Shown: in pieces, positions 10,626 through 19,715 of the stretch
Layout of the letters: each line of letters opens with the position of its first letter
Position numbering within the stretch: the first letter of the stretch is position 1
Source: Actinomycetota bacterium
Lineage (GTDB): Bacteria > Actinomycetota > Actinomycetes > Actinomycetales > Microbacteriaceae
Reading direction: 5' to 3'
NCBI GenBank assembly: GCA_030838475.1
Contig: JAUZFP010000054.1
Coordinates: forward strand, 48,850 to 112,849
DNA: 64,000 bases
Position numbers and translations under genes: made by a program
The notes under the pieces: generated by a model
Told to the model about the DNA's origin: nothing
Database searches by the model: none
The model's input: only the letters and a program-made list of their open reading frames with translations

Positions 10626-11279
10626 CTATCGCACCAGGTGGTTCGCGTGGGCGAGCGCCACCAGTTGCAGGCGCGAGGTGAGCTCCATCTTGGCGAGGAT
10701 GCTCGAAATGTGACTCTTGACGGTTGATTCGGTGACGTAGGCCTGGGCGGCGATCTCGGCGGTGCTGAGTCCCCGCGCGGCGAGCAGGAAGATCTCCCGC
10801 TCGCGGCCGGACAGCATCTCGATCGCATCTTCGTTGGGCGCGGGCGCCGACGCGGTCTCGACGTCGAAGAGTCGCGAAGGCGGTGACGCCGGGGCGATCA
10901 CGGATTTCCCCGAGTGGACCGCGCGGATCGAGGCGAGCAGAAAGTCCGGGGTGGCGTCCTTCATCAGGAAGCCGCTCGCGCCCGCGTTGATTGCGCCCAG
11001 CACGGCGACGTCTCTCTGGTGCGTGGTCAGGACGATGACTCGCGGCGCGTTCGGGGTCGCCCGGATGCGCTGGGTCGCGGTGATCCCGTCGGCTTTGGGC
11101 ATTCGGATGTCCATGAGTACGACGTCCGGGTGTTCGCGCTCGACCAGTTCGATGATCTGCTCGCCGTCGTAGGCGGCGCCGGCAAACTCGAGGTCGTCCT
11201 GGGAGCGGATCAGCATCTCGATGCCGGAGCAGAACAGCACCTGGTCATCGGCGATGGCGACGCGGATCGGGTCGCTCAC
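10626..11279 (-). CDS. NarL/LuxR-family response regulator
   Basis: IADDQ, VLMDIRMP, ASGFLMK receiver motifs; LSGRERE...GLSTAEIA...TVKSHIS helix-turn-helix. Confidence 0.95.
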   Translation of the reverse strand: MSDPIRVAIADDQVLFCSGIEMLIRSQDDLEFAGAAYDGEQIIELVEREHPDVVLMDIRMPKADGITATQRIRATPNAPRVIVLTTHQRDVAVLGAINAGASGFLMKDATPDFLLASIRAVHSGKSVIAPASPPSRLFDVETASAPAPNEDAIEMLSGREREIFLLAARGLSTAEIAAQAYVTESTVKSHISSILAKMELTSRLQLVALAHANHLVR

Positions 11280-12550
11280 ACGCTGCCAACTTTCTGGTCG
11301 ACGGTCGCGACCGCGGGTGCCGCGGCGGCGTGAGGCACGAACGCGGTGACGACGAATACGTCGGCGTCCTTCTCGTCTGGGGCGGCGGTGAGCCAGCCGC
11401 CCGCCATTTTGGCGCGCTCGGTCATCCCGCGAATTCCCCGTCGGGCGGACTCCACTGCTGACGTCGGTTCGATGCCCTTCGAGCGGATGGTGAGCTGCAC
11501 GCCGTTGGGCTCCCAGGCGAGGACGAGACTTGCCGTCGCGTTACGACCAGCGTGCTTCATCGCGTTGGTGAGGCTTTCTTGCACGATCCGATACACGGCG
11601 ATCTGCTGGCTCGCCGTGAGGGAGCCGGGTTCGCCGGAGGTCGTGGTCTCGACCGTCAGCCCAGCCGCGCGCATCCGCTCGACAAGGGCCGGAATGTCGG
11701 CGAGTCCGGGAGCGGAATGGCCTTCGGGTTCGGAGGCAAGCGAGTCGATCAGCATCCGCACTTCGACGAGGGATTCGCGTGCGGATTCGGCGATCGCGAC
11801 GAGAGAGTCCCGGGCTTCCACGCCGCGGGTGTCGGCGAGGTACCTGGCGCCGTCGGCCTGGGCGATGATCACGGACAGCGAGTGGGCCATGATGTCGTGC
11901 ACGTCCTGGGCGATGGTGTCGCGCTCCCGGATGGTCTGGAGTTCCGATTCGGCGCGAACGAGGTTGAGCTCGACCTCGAGTCTCGCCGCCTCGAGCGCCG
12001 CGCGGGCATCCAGCGAATAGATGGCGTGGCCGATGAACCACCCGCCGACTCCGGCTGCCGCTCCGGCGAGGCCCCAGATGAGGAGCTGGCCGGCGACGCC
12101 CGGCTCGGTCAGCGGCCAGTCGGTGAGGAGCGCGTGCGTCCCGCGCGGGCCGAGCGCCGGGTCGAGCAGGAAGAGCGCGACGAGTGCCCCGCTGACCGCG
12201 CCAAACGGGAGCGCGAGCCGATGCGGGAGTCGACCGGGCGTGGAGGCGAGCCCGATGATTGCGAGGAGTACGCCGCCGTAGACGGCCCAGGCGTCGTTGG
12301 TGAAGCGGGCATCCACGACAATCCACTGCAGCAGGAAGAGGGCAGCGACGCCGCCCATCGACACCCACGGCAGGAGACGGGAGAGGCCGATGCCGACACA
12401 GATGAGGAGGAGCGGGGCCCAGTACGCAGCGAAGAGCCAGATGTCGGTGCTTTGCATGCGGCCTGCGCTAGCTGTGCCCCACAGCACGAAGTAAAGCACC
12501 GCGATGGCGGGCTCGATGGCTGATCGCATCCACGCCTTCGGCACCGTCAT
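11276..12550 (-). CDS. HisKA_3 sensor histidine kinase
   Basis: Multi-TM N-terminus; IAQDVHDIMAHSLS H-box; YRIVQESLTNAMKH N-box; GIRGMTERA. ATG 12550 has TACTCT 7 nt upstream; the ORF track over-extends the 5' end. Confidence 0.92.
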   Translation of the reverse strand: MTVPKAWMRSAIEPAIAVLYFVLWGTASAGRMQSTDIWLFAAYWAPLLLICVGIGLSRLLPWVSMGGVAALFLLQWIVVDARFTNDAWAVYGGVLLAIIGLASTPGRLPHRLALPFGAVSGALVALFLLDPALGPRGTHALLTDWPLTEPGVAGQLLIWGLAGAAAGVGGWFIGHAIYSLDARAALEAARLEVELNLVRAESELQTIRERDTIAQDVHDIMAHSLSVIIAQADGARYLADTRGVEARDSLVAIAESARESLVEVRMLIDSLASEPEGHSAPGLADIPALVERMRAAGLTVETTTSGEPGSLTASQQIAVYRIVQESLTNAMKHAGRNATASLVLAWEPNGVQLTIRSKGIEPTSAVESARRGIRGMTERAKMAGGWLTAAPDEKDADVFVVTAFVPHAAAAPAVATVDQKVGSV

Positions 12551-12602
12551 GCCAACCAGAGTAAGCGGCGCCGCGGCCTCGCGCCCCCGTTCCCCACCAA
12601 TT

Positions 12603-12618
12603 TCGTCCGAACGTACGA
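12603..12618. promoter_or_regulatory. Putative autoregulatory response regulator site
   Basis: TCGTCCgaacGTACGA, matching the sites at 10563-10600. Confidence 0.45.
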
Positions 12619-12685
12619 GTCGTCCCGCAACCCCTTTCGTCAACCCCGCGCGAGGCGTTGTCTGGATCCAACGAAAGGACAAGCC

Positions 12686-12877
12686 ATGTCGAACTCCCCC
12701 ATCCTGCCCATCATCCCGAACGGCGGCGTCCCCATCGGCGGCACCCCCGCCGGCGACGAGAACGACCTCCCCGCGAACAACCCCAACCTCGATGAGGGCG
12801 AGTCGAACGACTCCGAGGACACCGTCGACGAGGATGTCCGGGAGGCGCAATCGATCAACGACGACCTGGAGAGCTAG
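12686..12877 (+). CDS. Small acidic hypothetical protein (63 aa)
   Basis: SD AAAGGA upstream of ATG; host-like codon usage. Confidence 0.65.
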   Translation: MSNSPILPIIPNGGVPIGGTPAGDENDLPANNPNLDEGESNDSEDTVDEDVREAQSINDDLES

Positions 12878-13033
12878 GGCCTAAAGGTCACGCCTTCTGG
12901 GGGTAGCCAGGGGGTCGATTCCCGTCGCCTGGGGGTGTTACGTTCGAAGCGCAGGATCGTTTGTGCCACCGATGCGTCTGGGGACCAGCGGTTGCCCGAT
13001 CCGGCGAGTGTAACGGGGGTAACACGCGTGACA

Positions 13034-13405
13034 ATGGAATTAGGTCAAGACTTTTCGCTCGACTACTCCTTCCACTGGGAGCTCCCAATTAGTGCCGTGA
13101 CGCAAGAGAGCATCGCGACGTACGGTTCCGACGAGGATCGAATCCGGCTTGCCGGACACTTCTCGGTTTCGGTTGCCGCGCTAGAGACGATGGCGGCATT
13201 GCCGTCGCCAGAGGTGCAGCTTGCTGTGGTGAGCAACCCGGCGACGCCGGTGGAGGCCCTGGCGCTGATGGCGAGTGATCACTCGCGGGTTGTGCGTTCC
13301 GCGGCGAACGAGGCGATCGAGCACCTGACGGGGCCGCAGCGTGCAGCCGCACTGGAGCTCACCCAGTCGCGGATGCAGCGGTTGAGGTCGCGCTTGAGCG
13401 CCTAG
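13034..13405 (+). CDS. Hypothetical protein with LRV/HEAT-like helical repeats
   Basis: EVQLAVVSNPATPVEALALMASD.SRVVRSAA pattern; start codon uncertain. Confidence 0.6.
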   Translation: MELGQDFSLDYSFHWELPISAVTQESIATYGSDEDRIRLAGHFSVSVAALETMAALPSPEVQLAVVSNPATPVEALALMASDHSRVVRSAANEAIEHLTGPQRAAALELTQSRMQRLRSRLSA

Positions 13406-13598
13406 CTTCAGATCGAACAAAGCCTCGCTGGCCGGGTCTAAACGAGTCCTGCGCGTTCGGCCAAAGCCCACCGACCGCCGTGCAGCATTGGAATCGACAC
13501 CAATCCCTGTCCTCCACATCTTGAAGCAAGATTAATCCGTGGACTGACTCCAGCGTTGCCGATGCGGAGTCGACTTCGGGCCATATCATCGGAACAAC

Positions 13599-14909
13599 AT
13601 GAATCACCTTGTTGGCGTCTGGGACGCCCTTCATTCCCCGAAGCTCGACAAGTCCAGGAGCGATCGTTGGTACAGGTACTACGCGGGATTTGCCCCTGAG
13701 TTCGTCCGGGATGTGATTGACGAGATCAAGCCCGACCTCGACGACGGGGTCCTAGATCCATGGGTGGGCTCTGGCACCACCCTGTCGGTTGCCGCGAGCT
13801 TAGGTTATAGAGCTTCTGGCCTGGATCTCAATCCAGCCATGGTGGTTGTCGCGAAAGGTCGCCTAATTGCGGACGACACTCGATCGAGCGTGCAAACGTT
13901 GCGTGATGAAATTCTCCGGCAGTGGCGACCCGTGACAGGTTCGGCCGTCAGTGACGACCCACTCAGCCACTGGTTCGACTTTGGCGGATGCGGCCTCATC
14001 CGAGGCTTGGCTCAACGTATCGATGAGGTGCTCGTACTTGACCATCTCACTCCCGACGGGCGCGTCCAAAGCATGTCATCGCTTGCGGCATTCTTCTATG
14101 TGGCTCTCTTTGATTCCGTTACGTCTCTCTTGAAGGATTACCGTTCGAGCAACCCGACCTGGGTGAAAGGGCAGAAGATCGGCAGCGGTGATGTCGTGAT
14201 CGAGCGGCCAACTTTGGAGTCGAATTTCAAGGCCGCCGTGGATCGACTTGCAATGTACGTAAAGAAGGCCGGGGCACTTTCAGCATCTACTCGAGATCTC
14301 ATAGACATTCGCGCTGGAAACTCCCGCAGACTCCCGTTTGAGGCGAGTTCTTTCGGCACCTTGATCAGTTCTCCGCCGTATTTGACGCGGCTCGACTACG
14401 TCGTCGGTCATCGTGTCGAATTGGCCGTCCTCGGGTTTGGCGATTCTGACATTCGTTCACTTCGCCAGCAAATGATCGGCACGCCCACCATCGGGGGCGT
14501 GATAAGCAAGCAACCGCTCGGGAACGCTGCAAACGAATTCCTCGCTGCAGTCTCAAGTCACGACTCGTACGCTGCTGCAGAGTATTACGCGCCGAACTTT
14601 CGCCAGTACTTCGAGGGCATGGCCGATTCGCTAGCAGAGGCAAACCGAGTCACTAGACCGGGTGGCAACATCGTGCTCGTCGTTCAGGACAGCCGTTTCA
14701 AGGGTATTCACGCTGATCTTGCGCAATGCATTGCTGACATGTCGACACAATTCGGCTGGGTGCTCACAAATCGCAGTGATTTCACCTCGATCAGATCGAT
14801 GGCTCAGGTGAATTCACGTGCGCATAAGGACGCTCGCACGCTGCGGCCAATCGAATCCGTCCTACATTTCGTGTCGGCCGCGCCATCCAACATCCCAGCA
14901 ACGGAGTGA
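13599..14909 (+). CDS. Amino-type DNA methyltransferase, likely N4-cytosine, motif I before motif IV
   Basis: WYRYYAGF, VLDPWVGSGTT (SAM binding), GLDLNP, ISSPPY (catalytic); TATCAT -10-like hexamer at 13584-13589. Confidence 0.85.
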   Translation: MNHLVGVWDALHSPKLDKSRSDRWYRYYAGFAPEFVRDVIDEIKPDLDDGVLDPWVGSGTTLSVAASLGYRASGLDLNPAMVVVAKGRLIADDTRSSVQTLRDEILRQWRPVTGSAVSDDPLSHWFDFGGCGLIRGLAQRIDEVLVLDHLTPDGRVQSMSSLAAFFYVALFDSVTSLLKDYRSSNPTWVKGQKIGSGDVVIERPTLESNFKAAVDRLAMYVKKAGALSASTRDLIDIRAGNSRRLPFEASSFGTLISSPPYLTRLDYVVGHRVELAVLGFGDSDIRSLRQQMIGTPTIGGVISKQPLGNAANEFLAAVSSHDSYAAAEYYAPNFRQYFEGMADSLAEANRVTRPGGNIVLVVQDSRFKGIHADLAQCIADMSTQFGWVLTNRSDFTSIRSMAQVNSRAHKDARTLRPIESVLHFVSAAPSNIPATE

Positions 14910-14912
14910 TCA

Positions 14913-15953
14913 ATGAAAACTATCTCGACCAACATGAGCGTCGCGGACTTTTGCCAGGCGCTAGGTCGTAATGAGATCCTCGTCAACCGCGAATACCAGA
15001 GAAGCGACAAAGTGTGGCCGGTGAACGCCAAGTCGTTCTTGATCGAAACCATCTTGCTGGACTACCCCATCCCAAAGCTTTGGCTACATCAAAACCTCGA
15101 CTTGGTGACCCGGGAGACTCGAAAGGACATCGTTGACGGCCAGCAGCGAAGTGCCGCGGTCCTCGACTTCTACCAGAACCGTCTGCGCCTCTCCAGAACG
15201 TTGACCCTCACCGATGCAGCGGGGCATACGTTCGATGAGCTGAGCCCCGAGCTTCAGACTCAGTTTTTGGACTACGGTCTGAACTTCGACCTCTTTCTCG
15301 GAACCCAGCCGGAGGAAGTACGAGAAGTCTTCCGTCGGATGAATTCATTTACGGTGCCGCTCAATCCGGAGGAGTCGCGTCATGCATCGTTCCAAGGGCC
15401 CTTCAAGTGGTTCGTCCTTGAGTTGGCGAGAACTTACGACGACTCCTTTCGCGCCACCGGTATCTTCACCGAGAAGCAAATTATTCGGATGTCAGACGCG
15501 AAGTTAATTACCGAGATCAGCTTCGCGCTCGAAAATGGAATCAAAACCACGACTAAGGCCATGCTGGACCGGATTTACAAGGCCAACGATGTCGTCTTCG
15601 GCAACGAAACCGCCATTGATTCCGCGATCCGTCGCGGGTTCGATGAATACTTCTCGCACCCAGAGTTTCGCGATACGCCTTTGACCAAGCCCTATAACGT
15701 TTTGCCGCTAGTCCTTGCGTACATCGTCCGTGCTGGTGCGGCCGCGCTCCCGAGCACGTATGCCGCTCGGAGATCCCTCGAATTCGAAGCGGGCAACGAA
15801 CAATTCAACCTTGCGCTACTCGCTGATGTGCTCGAAACCGGGGTTGGCCCAGAGGACCTGGAGCCCTTCGAGATAGCTGCCCGTACCAAAACAAATACAG
15901 CAGACCAGCGCCGCACCAGATTTGAGTTCTTCCTCGGGGCCTTGGGGGCTTGA
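14913..15953 (+). CDS. DUF262 (ParB/Srx-like, GmrS-like) protein
   Basis: EYQR..VW, LIETILLDYPIP, IVDGQQR, VFRRMN....LN..E motifs; no HNH/DUF1524 motif seen. Confidence 0.88.
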   Translation: MKTISTNMSVADFCQALGRNEILVNREYQRSDKVWPVNAKSFLIETILLDYPIPKLWLHQNLDLVTRETRKDIVDGQQRSAAVLDFYQNRLRLSRTLTLTDAAGHTFDELSPELQTQFLDYGLNFDLFLGTQPEEVREVFRRMNSFTVPLNPEESRHASFQGPFKWFVLELARTYDDSFRATGIFTEKQIIRMSDAKLITEISFALENGIKTTTKAMLDRIYKANDVVFGNETAIDSAIRRGFDEYFSHPEFRDTPLTKPYNVLPLVLAYIVRAGAAALPSTYAARRSLEFEAGNEQFNLALLADVLETGVGPEDLEPFEIAARTKTNTADQRRTRFEFFLGALGA

Positions 15954-15956
15954 CCG

Positions 15957-16595
15957 ATGCACCAAGTCGCAAGCGTCGACAAGCTGAGGCGAATCGCGTT
16001 TCAGCGAGTTGACTATTTGCGATCTGTGGTGGTGCCTTTCACGGTCCGGGACCACCCGGCCGATCGCGCTGTCTCTTTCGCCGCGATCGAACTCTTGAAC
16101 TGTTGGAACGGTTTTAGTCGCGCTTACTACCTTTCGACCTGTGCCAGGTGGAAGTGGGCGGACGGCACGAAAGTGACGACAACCACGCGCCTATCCACGA
16201 CCGAGGACGCTCTTACCCATGCGGTGCATACATGCAACAAAGGACTTCGAAAATCCTCCGGCCCGTGGTCCCACGCGCAGGAACCTGTTTGGTTCGACTC
16301 GGGCGTTCTGCTCAAGCTCATGACTTCGGTGGGCGCGTCGAACACTACCGCTCTGAGTTCCGCACTATCCGTACCCAATCGAGTACTTAAGGATCTGACG
16401 ACTGTTCGAAACTTTTTGGCCCACCGCGCCGAAAATACCGCCGTTAAGGCCAAGAGGATTGGAGCGAACTATGCAGCGCCGCCTGGCTCGGACCCCGTGG
16501 AAATTTGTCTTTTGAACGCTCCTGGACGTCCCCAATCGGTAATAGCAGATTGGTGTTCCGAACTTCGGTTGATTTTCGACATAGCAACTTCCTAG
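15957..16595 (+). CDS. Putative HEPN-domain RNase
   Basis: Helical protein with IELLNCWNGFSR segment and C-terminal RNFLAH (RxxxxH); 3 nt downstream of the DUF262 gene. Confidence 0.65.
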   Translation: MHQVASVDKLRRIAFQRVDYLRSVVVPFTVRDHPADRAVSFAAIELLNCWNGFSRAYYLSTCARWKWADGTKVTTTTRLSTTEDALTHAVHTCNKGLRKSSGPWSHAQEPVWFDSGVLLKLMTSVGASNTTALSSALSVPNRVLKDLTTVRNFLAHRAENTAVKAKRIGANYAAPPGSDPVEICLLNAPGRPQSVIADWCSELRLIFDIATS

Positions 16596-16648
16596 GACCT
16601 CCGACGCCGCGAAATGGTGCCGTCAGTGAACACGTCGGCGCTCAACTA

Positions 16649-17140
16649 TTAGGGTGATTTGAGAAGCCGCGGCTGCAGCACATCCATCATCCGGCTATCG
16701 AATGGACCGCCGTTCGTACGTCCGTAGCGATCACTAACGTATTGATGCCACCGCGAAGGATGCCGCGGTTGCCCGCCCACAAGCCAGACCCGTTGATGGC
16801 GACTTTGGTGTAACTCACGCCACACCCATTCCACCTGTCTATGAAAGTTCGCGCCAGCGGCACCCGTCGGCCGTGCAAGCCCCCAGCCCAGCAGCACCTC
16901 TTCGGAGCTGGATAGCAAACCTTGTATCTCTCCCCTCGCGCGAAACCAGCCCTCCTCGTCCGCTCCAATGACTTCAAGATCATCGAAGCTGCTGGACGCC
17001 TGAATAAGCAAGTTCGCAATTTGATACTCGTCGCAACCGGTGCTTTGCAATGCCCCCGCAAGGTGGCGATGGGTAGCGAGCCCCTTGCCGGTCGGCGGAT
17101 TCATTAACAACGCGCCGAGCACGCGAACATTGGTTGCCAA
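16649..17140 (-). CDS. DUF1643-like protein
   Basis: LLMNP, IANL, VLLGWG, PRHPS motifs; TTG start. Confidence 0.6.
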   Translation of the reverse strand: MATNVRVLGALLMNPPTGKGLATHRHLAGALQSTGCDEYQIANLLIQASSSFDDLEVIGADEEGWFRARGEIQGLLSSSEEVLLGWGLARPTGAAGANFHRQVEWVWRELHQSRHQRVWLVGGQPRHPSRWHQYVSDRYGRTNGGPFDSRMMDVLQPRLLKSP

Positions 17141-17190
17141 GCGATACCAGCCCTTCGTGACCCGTCGTCTGCGACTTGACCGGATCTCGT

Positions 17191-18714
17191 CTAGTTTCCT
17201 TGGGACCCCGCCCGCTCCAGCACCAGTTCCCGCACGCGCGCCGCATCCGCTGAGCCCTTCATCGCCTTCATGACCGCACCGATGACGGCACCCGCAGCCT
17301 GGACCTTGCCCTCGCGGATCTTCTCGAGAACGTCCGGCTGGGAGGCGAGAGCCTCGTCGATCGCGGCGATCAGGGCGCCGTCGTCCGAGACGACCTTGAG
17401 GCCGCGCGAAGCGACGACCTCGGTGGGGGTGCCCTCGCCGGCGATGACGCCCTCCAGAACCTGGCGGGCAAGACGGTCGGTGAGCTCGCCCGAGTCAATC
17501 AGGGCGATCAGCGATGAGACATCTAGTGGCGTGACGAGAGACGCGGCATCCACCCCGCGCTCGTTGGCGATGCGGGCGATCTCGCCCATCCACCACTTGC
17601 GTGCGGACTGCGCCATCGCGCCCTCCGCCACCGTCTGCTCCACCTCGACGAGGAGGCCGGCGTTGACCACATCCCGAAACTCGAGATCCGTGAAACTCCA
17701 CGCCTCCTGCAGACGCTTACGACGAATCGACGGCTTCTCCGGCAGCGCCTCGCGTAGCTGCTCGATAAGCGCGGCACCGGGCACGACCGGAAGCAGGTCG
17801 GGCTCCGGGAAGTAACGGTAATCATCCGCATCGCTCTTCGGCCGGCCGGCCGACGTGACGCCCGTGTCCTCGTGCCAGTGGCGCGTCTCCTGGGTGATAG
17901 TTCCGCCCTTGTGCAGGATGGCCGCCTGGCGCTGGATCTCGTAACGGATCGCCCGCTCCACCGATCGCAGGCTGTTCACGTTCTTCGTCTCGGTGCGAGT
18001 CCCAAGCTTGCCGGAGCCGCGCGGCGACAGCGAGATGTTGGCGTCGCAGCGCAGGTTGCCGCGCTCCATGCGTGCCTCGGAAATGCCGAGCGACAGCACG
18101 ATGTCGCGGATGGTCGAGACATACGCCTTCGCCAGCTCCGGGGCATCCTTCTCGGCTCCCGTGATCATCTTGGTGACAATCTCCACCAGCGGAACACCGG
18201 CCCGGTTGTAATCCACGAGCGAGTACTCGGCCCCCTGGATGCGACCGGTCGCGCCGCCGACGTGGGTCAGCTTGCCGGCGTCCTCCTCCATGTGGGCGCG
18301 CTCGATCGGAATCTGGAACACCCGGCCATCCGCCAGCTCCACCTCGACCTCGCCGTCGTAGGCGATCGGCTCATCGAACTGGCTGATCTGGTAGTTCTTG
18401 GCCAGGTCCGGGTAGAAGTAGTTCTTGCGGGCGAAACGGGAGGTCTCGGCGATCGAGCATCCGAGCGCCAGGCCCAGGCTGATCGAGTACTTGACGGCCT
18501 GCTCGTTGACGACCGGCAGCGAACCCGGAAGGCCAAGGTCGACCGGCGTGATCTGCGTGTTGGGTTCGGCTGCGACGGCACCGAAGGCGGCCGGGTTGGG
18601 CGCATCCGAGAACATCTTCGTCTGGGTTCCGAGTTCGACGTGCACCTCGAAACCGAGCACCGGCTCGAACAGTTCGAGGGCCTTGTCGTAGTCCATGAGT
18701 TCCGCGGTCGCCAT
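17191..18714 (-). CDS. gatB: Asp/Glu-tRNA amidotransferase subunit B
   Basis: [51 protein letters not shown]. Confidence 0.98.
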   Translation of the reverse strand: MATAELMDYDKALELFEPVLGFEVHVELGTQTKMFSDAPNPAAFGAVAAEPNTQITPVDLGLPGSLPVVNEQAVKYSISLGLALGCSIAETSRFARKNYFYPDLAKNYQISQFDEPIAYDGEVEVELADGRVFQIPIERAHMEEDAGKLTHVGGATGRIQGAEYSLVDYNRAGVPLVEIVTKMITGAEKDAPELAKAYVSTIRDIVLSLGISEARMERGNLRCDANISLSPRGSGKLGTRTETKNVNSLRSVERAIRYEIQRQAAILHKGGTITQETRHWHEDTGVTSAGRPKSDADDYRYFPEPDLLPVVPGAALIEQLREALPEKPSIRRKRLQEAWSFTDLEFRDVVNAGLLVEVEQTVAEGAMAQSARKWWMGEIARIANERGVDAASLVTPLDVSSLIALIDSGELTDRLARQVLEGVIAGEGTPTEVVASRGLKVVSDDGALIAAIDEALASQPDVLEKIREGKVQAAGAVIGAVMKAMKGSADAARVRELVLERAGSQGN

Positions 18715-18914
18715 GGGTCAATTCTAAGCGGGGCGGGCGGGGCCGCCGACGGGAGCGTTCTGTGGATGTTCATCCACGGTGCGACGACCGTTTGCTCCGC
18801 GCGCGTAGTTTCGAGCGATGTCAACCTTCGACCGGGCCGCACGCGTCGTAGCAATGAACGGCACACCTCGTGCCGCCCACAGCAGCCCGAGTGATGACCC
18901 CGGAGGTCGACATC

Positions 18915-19673
18915 GTGAACACCGTCCTGAACCGTTCCGCACTAGCGATCGCGGCGCTGGCCCTCGCCACCGTCGCGCTGACCGGCTGCACACCAAGCGG
19001 TAGCGGGGGCACTGGCACAGGCGGTGGGAGTGGCGGGGCCGCCCCCGCCCCGACCAAGACATACACGGAGCAGGACCTGGTCACGATCCTGAACAAGGCC
19101 AACACCTCCCTGCAGGCAAGCGGCACGGTCAAGGACATCGGCCTGCTCGCCGCCGCCCAATCGGACAAGACGAAGTCGCTCCCCCAGCGGGTCAAAGACC
19201 AGGGCGGCACGTTCACCCCCGCCGAATGCGGCCCGCTGTTCGACAAGGTCACCAACGACCTCCTCACCCTCGGCGGCAACAATGGGGCGTACTCGGCGAC
19301 CCTCACCTACGGCACCACGGTCGTGAGCGCGACCAGCTCGGCGAAGCTCGGAAGCCCCGCCGACCTCGACAAGCTGGTCGCCAGCGACATCGACGCGGTG
19401 GACTCGAAATGTCCCGACATGTCCTTCACCTTCTCCAACAACGGCCCGAGCGCCCCGTATCACCTGACCTTCACGAAACAGGATGTGAAGACGGCCGCTG
19501 GCCTCACCCACGCCTACAACGAGGTCACTACCACCGGCGCATCCAGCGTGCACACCGTGTCCGGGGTGGCGATCGACGGCAACCTGGTGATCGGATTCGC
19601 CGGCATTAGTTCCGCGACGACCATCGACGACCTGGTCAAGGCGATGAACGCCGTCTACTACGCCGCGAAGTGA
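18915..19673 (+). CDS. Lipoprotein of unknown function
   Basis: GGAGG SD then GTG; lipobox LTGC; Gly-rich linker; Cys pair. Confidence 0.75.
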   Translation: MNTVLNRSALAIAALALATVALTGCTPSGSGGTGTGGGSGGAAPAPTKTYTEQDLVTILNKANTSLQASGTVKDIGLLAAAQSDKTKSLPQRVKDQGGTFTPAECGPLFDKVTNDLLTLGGNNGAYSATLTYGTTVVSATSSAKLGSPADLDKLVASDIDAVDSKCPDMSFTFSNNGPSAPYHLTFTKQDVKTAAGLTHAYNEVTTTGASSVHTVSGVAIDGNLVIGFAGISSATTIDDLVKAMNAVYYAAK

Positions 19674-19715
19674 GCAAAGGTTGACGCTGTCGGCGGGGTC
19701 CGCGACAGTGGAGGA

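Noticed and set aside
13599-16595. Conventional type II R-M or complete GmrSD system
   Set aside because: No PD-(D/E)xK, HNH or DUF1524 nuclease motif was recognisable, though a cryptic one cannot be excluded without profile searches
13406-17190. Integrative element with att sites at gatB
   Set aside because: No integrase and no duplicated gatB 3' end found by eye
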